Assembly: GCA_902384455.1 (NCBI GenBank)
Contig: CABMCB010000059.1
Location: 1-64,000 of the forward strand
Source of the DNA: an uncultured archaeon
GTDB taxonomy: Archaea; Altiarchaeota; Altiarchaeia; IMC4; SCGC-AAA252-I15
Reading direction: 5' to 3'
DNA: 64,000 bases
The position numbers were made by a program, and so were the translations under genes. Below the pieces are notes generated by a model. The model saw nothing but the letters and a program-made list of their open reading frames with translations. It had not been told where the DNA came from and searched no databases. The first letter of the stretch is position 1. Each line of letters starts with the position of its first letter. Shown in pieces: positions 55,280-62,076 of the stretch.

Positions 55280-55954
55280 TTAGTTCAGTACTTCAACAAC
55301 TGCGGTTCTCATCTGGATAGATGAAAGCGCTGAGCCGGTCACAGCCTGCAACAGCAGGTTGTTCGTGCTCGCTGCGGTCAAGTTAACCGCTATGCCAGCC
55401 GCTACGTTGGTGTCCTGATACTCTGACATCGGAGCGGTTGCTGAAGCACCAATCAAGATTGCCAAAGCGCCGTGTCCTTCAAGCGTACCGGATGCACCGG
55501 TTGAAACTGTGTAAATGTGGCCTTCGAAGTTCCATGGGAAGTTCGTTTGTGAGGCCGTTGTCGCTTGGCTCGTCGCGGTCAAAACCGTCTGAGTGAAAGC
55601 GCCAGAGAAACCTAGCTGAATACCAATCGTCGGCGTCTGTGCGCCAGCCGTGGTGTAAATGCCCCACATGCGTACGCGAAGAACCTTTCCGGCGACGTTC
55701 ATGAACGCGGTCGGTAGCGCCAATGTGGCGAACGTTCCCGTGCCGTTCAATGCCGTCAGTGCAGCCGGAGCCGCGTTGTAAACAATCGCTGCGCCGCCTA
55801 GAGCGTAGTTCAAACCGTTCCAGAAGTACTTGCCCGACTTCTGCGTCGTATCGTACCAGTAATCTCCGTCAATCGGAGAAGCCGGTGCAACACCGGACGG
55901 AATGTTCAAGGGCGCTGCTGCCGCTGTTGAGTTCGGCAATGTGAGAAATGACAT
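55280..55954 (-). CDS. Tail-fibre-like Ala/Thr/Gly-rich protein
   Basis: APLNIPSGVAPASPIDGDYWYD head motif; GAGGAG RBS. Confidence 0.6.
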   Translation of the reverse strand: MSFLTLPNSTAAAAPLNIPSGVAPASPIDGDYWYDTTQKSGKYFWNGLNYALGGAAIVYNAAPAALTALNGTGTFATLALPTAFMNVAGKVLRVRMWGIYTTAGAQTPTIGIQLGFSGAFTQTVLTATSQATTASQTNFPWNFEGHIYTVSTGASGTLEGHGALAILIGASATAPMSEYQDTNVAAGIAVNLTAASTNNLLLQAVTGSALSSIQMRTAVVEVLN

Positions 55955-56037
55955 TTCTCCTCTCTTCGGCTACGCGCCGATATCACTGATGATGCAACTT
56001 GTACAAGATGAAAAGACTGATTGCTACACCAAGGACG

Positions 56038-56283
56038 TTACACACTGTTCGGGTCACTGCCAGCGCTAGGTCCAGTCTTTGGTGGTTCATTCTTCTCTTC
56101 TTTGCGCTTGGTCCGTTGCTCGTACCATTTGCGCCGTAAATCCAGATATTCCTTCTGCGCCGCGAGACTTTCCTGACTAACTTTCAGGCTCTCTTCAGCC
56201 ATGCGCTTCATTGCGTGGTCGTCGATGTAGATTGCGACCAGGATGAATATTTCTAAGACAAGAAGTGCATCCTGCCAAGTCAT
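56038..56283 (-). CDS. Small membrane protein
   Basis: TM helix plus coiled coil. Confidence 0.55.
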   Translation of the reverse strand: MTWQDALLVLEIFILVAIYIDDHAMKRMAEESLKVSQESLAAQKEYLDLRRKWYEQRTKRKEEKNEPPKTGPSAGSDPNSV

Positions 56284-56298
56284 AGTCACCTTCAAAAT

Positions 56299-56374
56299 TG
56301 GTACCCAGTGAGTGAATCGAACACTCCCCACCTCTTTGTAGGAGAGGCGCATACGACCAGTTTGCTAACCGGGT
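56299..56374 (-). tRNA. tRNA-Val(UAC), C33
   Basis: Loop CC-TAC-AA. Confidence 0.85.
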
Positions 56375-56682
56375 AATGCCTTAGCGATTTGTTGTTTCTT
56401 GATTCTCGCGTAAGGACGAATCTTTTTCAAAAACTCTCTTGCATTTCTGTTTGACACTATCCATCGCCAAACCTTTTTGTTGGTTCGTTTATCAGATGTG
56501 TGAATAGTGCCGAACTTAAAAAGGCGTTGAACGAACTTCAAAACTTTCACGTCTGTGTTCGTTATCGTTGCAATCGTTCGAAAATAATACTTGCCGTTCT
56601 TCGTTGCCTGATATTTCGCGAAACGGCAATGGCCTTCACCATCGAACAACCCACTCACATAAGCTAAGTCGATTTTTCTCAC
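56365..56682 (-). CDS. Single-motif LAGLIDADG homing endonuclease; stop codon inside tRNA-Val
   Basis: LAYVSGLFDGEG, ITNTD..VL, FL..IRPY..IKKQQ. Confidence 0.85.
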   Translation of the reverse strand: MRKIDLAYVSGLFDGEGHCRFAKYQATKNGKYYFRTIATITNTDVKVLKFVQRLFKFGTIHTSDKRTNKKVWRWIVSNRNAREFLKKIRPYARIKKQQIAKALPG

Positions 56683-56701
56683 TTAGTGCCTTTCGTAAAC
56701 T

Positions 56702-56775
56702 TGGTGGACCGCCGGAGAGTCGAACTCCGTCTTGATGCGTGCAAGGCAACCGTATTCCCGTCCTACTCGCAGCCC
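56702..56775 (-). tRNA. tRNA-Ala(UGC)
   Basis: Loop CT-TGC-AC; G3:U70. Confidence 0.9.
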
Positions 56776-56783
56776 ACATAAAT

Positions 56784-56857
56784 TGGTTGCGGATGTCGGA
56801 GTCGAGCCGACCAGCAGTGCTTATGAGACACCGTACCTCACCCGAGGTGTACCCGCA
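56784..56857 (-). tRNA. tRNA(CAU), Met/fMet-like, atypical
   Basis: Loop CT-CAT-AA; T loop CTCGACT; irregular D arm. Confidence 0.75.
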
Positions 56858-56866
56858 AAAGAAAAT

Positions 56867-56942
56867 TGGTAGCGTCGGCGGGATTCGAACCCGCGTGAGG
56901 ACCTTGAAAGGGTCCCATCCTAGGCCACTAGATGACATCGCC
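56867..56942 (-). tRNA. tRNA-Glu(UUC)
   Basis: Loop CT-TTC-AA. Confidence 0.9.
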
Positions 56943-57055
56943 ACAAAAGAAGCTAGAGCATGGCTTCTTTACAACTTCAGCTTACGCAAGGCTCCCGGCT
57001 GAAGCGCCCATACAGCGGGTGTTTACCGAGTAAACAACCCACATATGGGTTAAAT

Positions 57056-57140
57056 TGGTACCCCGTGAGAGATTTGAACTCCCATGGCTGTTAACCGACG
57101 CGTTCTAAGCGCGTTGTGTCTGCCGTTCCACCAACAGGGC
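57056..57140 (-). tRNA. tRNA-Leu(UAG)
   Basis: Loop CT-TAG-AA; long variable arm. Confidence 0.9.
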
Positions 57141-57151
57141 ACTGAAACTTA

Positions 57152-57211
57152 TGGAGCGGTCACTACCTGTGTGACAGGCACCTCCCCGGGCACTGCCCGG
57201 GAGCACCGCTC
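57152..57211 (-). ncRNA. CCA-ended two-arm mini-RNA
   Basis: GAGCGGT/ACCGCTC-CA closing stem; TCCCGGGC/GCCCGGGG and TGCCTGT/ACAGGTA arms. Confidence 0.5.
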
Positions 57212-57213
57212 GC

Positions 57214-57396
57214 TTACTTACGCATGTCTCGCACATGCTGGTAATATGAAAGCTGGTCCACCGGACGGTCGTGGTCATGACGACGGTCTTCGATGTCCGC
57301 GCTCATCGGATAATCTTTCGGGACTTGAAATCCCTTTGACGTATCCTTCGCGTCTCCGACAACTTTCATGCCTAGCTTCGGCTTATCGTCGGGCAT
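57214..57396 (-). CDS. Small hypothetical protein
   Basis: GAGGT RBS. Confidence 0.55.
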   Translation of the reverse strand: MPDDKPKLGMKVVGDAKDTSKGFQVPKDYPMSADIEDRRHDHDRPVDQLSYYQHVRDMRK

Positions 57397-57408
57397 ATTA
57401 CCTCAAAC

Positions 57409-57483
57409 TGGTAGTCTCTCTGTGACTCGAACACAGGTCTCTCGCTAATCAGGCAAGCATCCTAGCCGCTGGACGAAAAGACT
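57409..57483 (-). tRNA. tRNA-Ile(GAU), U37
   Basis: Loop CT-GAT-TA. Confidence 0.85.
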
Positions 57484-57491
57484 ACTGAAAT

Positions 57492-57582
57492 TGGTGGATG
57501 CGGAATGATTCGAACATTCTATGTGCCACAAGGACATCCTGTTTTACAGACAGGTACGACCCGCCGTCTTCGCCGCACATCC
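57492..57582 (-). tRNA. tRNA-Tyr(GUA)
   Basis: Loop CT-GTA-AA; long variable arm. Confidence 0.85.
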
Positions 57583-57593
57583 ACTGAAACTAA

Positions 57594-57680
57594 GGGAACC
57601 CACGGGTCACTCACCCGCGCCAATCACGGGTCCGGTACCGGATATCCGTAATCGTTCAATCTACCTCGAACTGCGTTCCC
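57594..57680 (-). ncRNA. Four-way-junction structured RNA
   Basis: GGGAAC/GTTCCC closing stem with three internal hairpins. Confidence 0.5.
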
Positions 57681-57688
57681 ACGAAACT

Positions 57689-57764
57689 TGGTGGGTCGCC
57701 AGCGACTTGAACGCTGAACTTGCTCCTTAAAAGGGAGAAATGTTGCCGCTAACACCTGCAACCC
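57689..57764 (-). tRNA. tRNA-Lys(UUU)
   Basis: Loop CT-TTT-AA. Confidence 0.9.
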
Positions 57765-57797
57765 ACGATAATCGGTAACGTTCTACCGATTGAAACT

Positions 57798-57872
57798 TGG
57801 TGGACTACCAGGGATTCGAACCCTGACCAAACTCGTTAAGAGCGAGCTATGCAACCGTAACACCTGTGGTCC
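57798..57872 (-). tRNA. tRNA-Lys(CUU)
   Basis: Loop CT-CTT-AA. Confidence 0.9.
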
Positions 57873-58020
57873 ACTGAAAAATCTGACAGCTTGTTGTCAT
57901 GGAACGGACTTTAATCGGAGTTCTACCGATGCTGTCTACGCCGTCTCACGTTGTATCCCCGCGTGAAGACTGTGTTCACGCCTCATGTTAAGCGACGACA
58001 CTGTCTCGTCGCGGGAAGAT

Positions 58021-58109
58021 TGGTACTCGATGAAGGAATCGGACCTTCGTGCAAGCGTAATCTACGCCGACTCGTTATAAGCGAGTGCCGCAAACCATCG
58101 CAATCGAGT
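58021..58109 (-). tRNA. tRNA(UAU), Ile anticodon with long variable arm
   Basis: ACTCG-CT-TAT-AA-CGAGT; variable arm GCGTA-GAT-TACGC; T loop TCCGATT; ACTCGAT/ATCGAGT-A-CCA. Confidence 0.8.
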
Positions 58110-58115
58110 AAAAAG

Positions 58116-58224
58116 TTGTCCGGAGCGTACGCTTTCGGCGTCTCACCCGCCATCACGAATGCCGCGTCAACGGCACTGACTTCCCCTCGTTAGACTCGGT
58201 TGACGCCGGTCGCGAGTCGGACAA
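58116..58224 (-). ncRNA. Structured spacer RNA
   Basis: TTGTCCG/CGGACAA outer stem; GCGTCAAC/GTTGACGC inner stem. Confidence 0.45.
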
Positions 58225-58226
58225 AT

Positions 58227-58305
58227 TGGTGCGCCGCGTGAGATTCGAACTCACATGTGGTCACGTTTTAAGTGTGCCGCGTATGCCGCATTCCGCCAGC
58301 AGCGC
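58227..58305 (-). tRNA. tRNA-Leu(UAA) lacking the long variable arm
   Basis: Leu-type D arm; loop CT-TAA-AA; 79 nt. Confidence 0.8.
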
Positions 58306-58532
58306 TAAACTCTTGTGCTCGTCGCGGAAGCTAGCGTATCGCTGGTTCCGGGCTGATACGCAACCGTACCTGAAGCACAAACATCGCTAGGGTCAACAAC
58401 CCATTGCTTCCATGCCAGCCGGGTTGCAACCCGTAGGCACTTCAGATGTGGACTTCTACCACGCGAAAACTTATGAGACAGCCCTGGCCGAAGCCACTCC
58501 GGGTAATACCTTAGTCTTACGTCTCAAACTTT

Positions 58533-58593
58533 TTCGGTGTGCCCACTACACTACTTCTGGCTAGGCCAGCACGGAGTCGAACCGTCTACCGAA
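58533..58593 (-). ncRNA. Circularly permuted tRNA-like RNA no. 3 (minimal)
   Basis: TTCGGT-ag-ACGG-TTCGACT-CCGT-g-CTGGC-cta-GCCAG-aag-TAGTGTAGTGGGCAC-ACCGAA. Confidence 0.65.
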
Positions 58594-58596
58594 TCT

Positions 58597-58683
58597 TGGT
58601 CGCCCACACAGGACTCGAACCTGTACGCTTTTCACGGCACCGGGTTTTGAATCCGGCATGTCTGCCAGTTCCATCAGCAGGCG
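58597..58683 (-). tRNA. tRNA-Leu(CAA)
   Basis: Loop TT-CAA-AA; long variable arm. Confidence 0.9.
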
Positions 58684-58742
58684 AAATTCTCCCGGCAAAG
58701 GCCGGGAAGGGGTGGTTACCTCAGCGCTAAGCGCTCCTAAAT

Positions 58743-58816
58743 TGGTCCCTGCTGTTTGAATCGAACAAACACGACCGGCTTTTCAGACCGGGATGCGACC
58801 ACTACATCAAACAGGG
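58743..58816 (-). tRNA. tRNA-Phe(GAA)
   Basis: Loop CT-GAA-AA. Confidence 0.9.
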
Positions 58817-58817
58817 T

Positions 58818-58892
58818 TGGGGCGAACGTCGGGATTCGAACCCGAACCGGCGGATTCACAGTCCACCGTGCTGCCGTTACACTACACACGCC
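58818..58892 (-). tRNA. tRNA-His(GUG)
   Basis: Loop CT-GTG-AA; G-1:C73. Confidence 0.9.
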
Positions 58893-58978
58893 ACATAAAC
58901 TTTGGGGCCAGCACACGATTGTCTACGTGCCGCCGTCTTTACGCTCTTTCGAACGCCCCTCCGAAACTCGACTTGGTG

Positions 58979-59007
58979 ATTCTCTCACAACTTCGAAATC
59001 TTGTCAA
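58979..59007 (-). promoter_or_regulatory. Sigma70-type promoter of the tRNA operon
   Basis: TTGACA-17 bp-GAGAAT with extended TG. Confidence 0.65.
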
Positions 59008-59154
59008 GCCTTTTTTACAGCTTGCTCTCGATTTTCTTTGCGATGGCCGAACCCTCTGCCACCTTGGCTTCCTTCACGAACAAAGCCTTAATCTTGCGAC
59101 CGACCGCCGGGGTGAATGCTCCCAGGACATAGCCGACTGCCATCAACATCAAAG

Positions 59155-59183
59155 AGTGTAGCATTTTCTGTTTTTCCTGTCAA
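59155..59183 (-). promoter_or_regulatory. Sigma70-type promoter
   Basis: TTGACA-17 bp-TACACT with extended TG. Confidence 0.75.
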
Positions 59184-59190
59184 GGGTTTT

Positions 59191-59505
59191 TTACCAGAGA
59201 CCCTTGAACGCTCTCATTTTCGCTAGGCGGAGCATTCCTTTCTCGAACCGTGGACCGTGGTCAACCTTGTACGGCAGGCTGACGTGGACCATCTCGTGCA
59301 ACAGCGTCATGCGAAATCCGCCGCGCCATGTGCGCAACGTGTTTTCAATCAAAATCCGCTTCGGCACCTTGCCTTCGTACTGCGTAATGCCTATAGCGTT
59401 GTATTTCTCGACCAATCCCTTTCTGAACAGCACGGGGATATTCGGAAGCTTGCCTCGGAAGTACAGCCGGTTATACCTTCGGTACAAGCGCTGCTGCCGG
59501 GTCAT
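59191..59505 (-). CDS. SprT-like zinc metalloprotease
   Basis: YNRLYFRGKLP, TLLHEMVH, HGPRF. Confidence 0.8.
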   Translation of the reverse strand: MTRQQRLYRRYNRLYFRGKLPNIPVLFRKGLVEKYNAIGITQYEGKVPKRILIENTLRTWRGGFRMTLLHEMVHVSLPYKVDHGPRFEKGMLRLAKMRAFKGLW

Positions 59506-59702
59506 TAGACCATCTTTGCTGCTTCGTTCTTCGCTTCGGAGTCAGTCGGATAACGCTTCGGGTGCTGAACCGGGTCGGTCAACAGCGGCATGCCGTTGCG
59601 ACCGCACTGAATCTTCACGCACTCGTAAGCCGCCTTCGCTCGAACCTTGGCTTCACCCTGCTTCGACTTCGGGACTGCTGTACGCTGCGGATATCCTTCC
59701 AT
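59505..59702 (-). CDS. Small hypothetical protein
   Basis: GGAG RBS; TAATG coupling. Confidence 0.5.
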   Translation of the reverse strand: MEGYPQRTAVPKSKQGEAKVRAKAAYECVKIQCGRNGMPLLTDPVQHPKRYPTDSEAKNEAAKMV

Positions 59703-59721
59703 GTCAAACTCCGTTACTCGG

Positions 59722-59934
59722 CTATACGCCGTTGTTCAACTCAATCGCTTCGAACCGGTCGTCGTCCAAAACCATCGACTCACCCGGCTCCAAATAGTGC
59801 TGCTTGTCCTCTCGGTCGTAGACCACGACCAGTTTCTTGCCGACGTTCGCAATCCGGTACCCGTAAGACATCGGGTCCATGTAGACCGTGATTGAGCCGT
59901 TGGCCGGGGTGATGTACCTCTGACCCATTGCCAT
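59722..59934 (-). CDS. Small hypothetical protein
   Basis: Coupled to the upstream ORF. Confidence 0.55.
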   Translation of the reverse strand: MAMGQRYITPANGSITVYMDPMSYGYRIANVGKKLVVVYDREDKQHYLEPGESMVLDDDRFEAIELNNGV

Positions 59935-60422
59935 TATGAACCAAAGTGCTTTCGGGTGTCAAGACCCAAATGCTTGAACGCGGCGACGACTTTTTCGCGG
60001 AACTCGTCAAACTCTTCCCGGCGGATGCGCGGGTTGCTGATGTCGAGCGCGGCCAGGAATCCTAGTTCGCTCGCGGCCTGCTCGACCAGGGTGTCGAGAA
60101 CCTTCTGGCCCTCGGGAGTGTCAAAAATTGTCACATCGCCGGTTTGCGCTGCGCGGGATGCGCTCGCGGTCGCCGGAGTGAGAAATGGGTTGGGATTGCC
60201 CATCGTGTCGGTCTCGGACTTCATGTCGAAGCCTTCGTGCTTCTGCAGAATGGAGAGGATGGCCTCGGCGTCGGGCTTGGCCGGACTGTATCCGGGGCCT
60301 TTATCGAAATCGGTCTGAGATTCGGTCTCAGCGGCCTTAACTTCTGCGGCTTCAAGTTTTTGGCGCTCGAATGCCTGTCCCGCCGTCTCAGGGACGCGGT
60401 TGACTATCGTTTCGGTGCTCAT
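59934..60422 (-). CDS. Hypothetical acidic protein
   Basis: AAGGA RBS before MSTE. Confidence 0.6.
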   Translation of the reverse strand: MSTETIVNRVPETAGQAFERQKLEAAEVKAAETESQTDFDKGPGYSPAKPDAEAILSILQKHEGFDMKSETDTMGNPNPFLTPATASASRAAQTGDVTIFDTPEGQKVLDTLVEQAASELGFLAALDISNPRIRREEFDEFREKVVAAFKHLGLDTRKHFGS

Positions 60423-61071
60423 TGTGTCCTTCACGCTTCAGCCGAATCAATTCCAAGGCCGGAGCGATTGTGTTCATTTCTTCAAACGTAAATTCTAGCC
60501 TACCGCGTAACTCCATGCACCGGATACAAGCCGGAACTGAGTTGTATGCTGTAACTACCATCCCTTCGATAAAATCCAGGGATGTTCCTTTCTTGTCCAG
60601 GACGGAGCCGCAATAATGGCACTCGTCTTCAGATAGCAATCCTTCGTAAAAATTGATACTCCATAGGGGGTCAGTCTCCGGCACCCTATGATTTCTCATA
60701 ACGTCCCTTAGGACGGCATGCTTTGCTCCGAGGCTCCCGGTTTTCGTTCCGGATAGCTTTTCCCGGGTTCTGATTCTTTTAGCTTTGTCCCGCTCAACCT
60801 GTATCGCTTCGTTTCGACGAGTAAGGCGCTCGATGCGCTCCTCGCGCTGTCGGTCGTTGTTCTCCCTTTGAAGACACCCGCAGCTTTTCTTCCGGCCTAG
60901 GAGTAGCTTATCCTCCCGAGCCTCTGTCTCATTCCCGCAGTCACAAGATGCGACCCAGACTCTTCTTCCCTTCTCAGAATGAGAAAAGTTCTCAATAGTG
61001 AGACGTGAGAATTTCATACCCGGCTCTATGGTGAGACGGGGGGTCTGATTTGATACCCGGTTAGGTGTCAC
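60388..61071 (-). CDS. HNH-family endonuclease-like protein
   Basis: W...CDCGN...L.G.KKSCGC; CHYCG...SLD...NSVPAC..C. Confidence 0.7.
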   Translation of the reverse strand: MTPNRVSNQTPRLTIEPGMKFSRLTIENFSHSEKGRRVWVASCDCGNETEAREDKLLLGRKKSCGCLQRENNDRQREERIERLTRRNEAIQVERDKAKRIRTREKLSGTKTGSLGAKHAVLRDVMRNHRVPETDPLWSINFYEGLLSEDECHYCGSVLDKKGTSLDFIEGMVVTAYNSVPACIRCMELRGRLEFTFEEMNTIAPALELIRLKREGHNEHRNDSQPRP

Positions 61072-61301
61072 TCCGCCCTAGCCCCTTTCTTTTCTGTAAG
61101 ATAGAAACGAACGTCCACGTTGGCGGTCACGGCGACCGGCCTGGGGGCGTCCGCACTCGGCAGGCCCCGCCACCCTCCTGATTCTAAAGGAGATAGCGGA
61201 ACGGGTCCCATCTCATTCAATCTGAACGAGATAGATAAGTCCAATCAACTCAACGACATCGAGAACGCCTTGCATGTCGAGGTCCAACCAAATTTGTTGC
61301 G

Positions 61302-61346
61302 TTGCAAATCCTTGCAAGTCGTTGCAAAGCTTGCAAACCCTTGCGA
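61302..61346 (+). repeat. Five TTGCRA units at ~10-bp spacing
   Basis: TTGCAA at 61302, 61312, 61322 and 61331; TTGCGA at 61341. Confidence 0.8.
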
Positions 61347-61358
61347 ATCAACGAGTTG
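61346..61358 (+). promoter_or_regulatory. IHF consensus site
   Basis: AATCAA-CGAG-TTG matches WATCAANNNNTTR. Confidence 0.5.
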
Positions 61359-61552
61359 CGCTCGCCGTGATTAACAAAGTATTACACTCGAAACCCGGCT
61401 CGACGCGGACTGAGGCCTTTTTGGTCGAAAAATGGGCAAATATGTGCTTTGTTTTCAATTTTTTACGACAAAATCGCTCGAAATGGGTAAAAAATGACAA
61501 AAAAGTGAAATTTTCTTGCGAGTTTGGCAATGAAAATGCTGCCGAGTGTCGC

Positions 61553-61705
61553 GTCTCACGTATGTCTCAATCCCTGTAAGCGTGTAAGTCATTGATTTCG
61601 CTAGGCTTTCTCAGGTAATCTCACTGTGAAACGTGTCTCACGATGGGTGTCTCAGGCCTGCGACCGGTCTGGCGAATCGTCTCATCAATCGTCTCATGAT
61701 GAGAC
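61553..61705 (+). repeat. GTCTCA repeat cluster
   Basis: Six exact copies in three pairs plus one inverted copy (TGAGAC). Confidence 0.75.
61585..61597 (-). promoter_or_regulatory. IHF consensus site
   Basis: AATCAA-TGAC-TTA on the - strand. Confidence 0.5.
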
Positions 61706-62076
61706 AGTTGAGGATGACGTTCGCGAGTACATCTCTGGTCATAAGATGCGCCAAACATAACGCCCATTATATTGACCATTCCGTCACCAAATGCTGTCGC
61801 CAAATGGTGGCTGCAATTCTGGCAAATAGTGTCGCCAAATGGCCTGTCTAGGAAGGGAGGAAGATTGACCAAAGAGATAATCCCTCGCGTAACGAGAGGA
61901 AGGCGCTTTATATGAATAACATACAGAATGTTATCCGAAACCGTTTTAATCCTCTGAATACGCTCTCCTGCCCTTACAGAACAGCATCTGGCGACAGAAT
62001 TAGCCAGAATCCGGGCCAGAATTGTCTTGACAAGCTGGCTCGGATTGTGTCACACTCGCGAGCGGAGGCAAACGCA

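Noticed and set aside
50300-58530. Hammerhead or HDV/theta ribozymes in tRNA spacers
   Set aside because: CTGATG occurs but not CTGANGA with a matching GAAA core, and I could not build an HDV double pseudoknot by eye. A motif search is still worthwhile.
49310-58892. Amber/opal suppressor tRNA and genome-wide stop-codon recoding
   Set aside because: All 35 anticodons I read are sense anticodons (TAG and TAA are Leu, TGA is Ser). Long genes are intact in the standard code, and TAG terminates several of them.
49395-59161. Many listed ORFs overlapping tRNAs on either strand (e.g. 54177-54611, 56636-56944, 58756-59091)
   Set aside because: They are translations of tRNA sequence without an RBS.
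61080-62050. CRISPR array
   Set aside because: Repeats are 6-7 bp with short irregular spacing, not 25-40 bp repeats with unique spacers; no cas genes seen.
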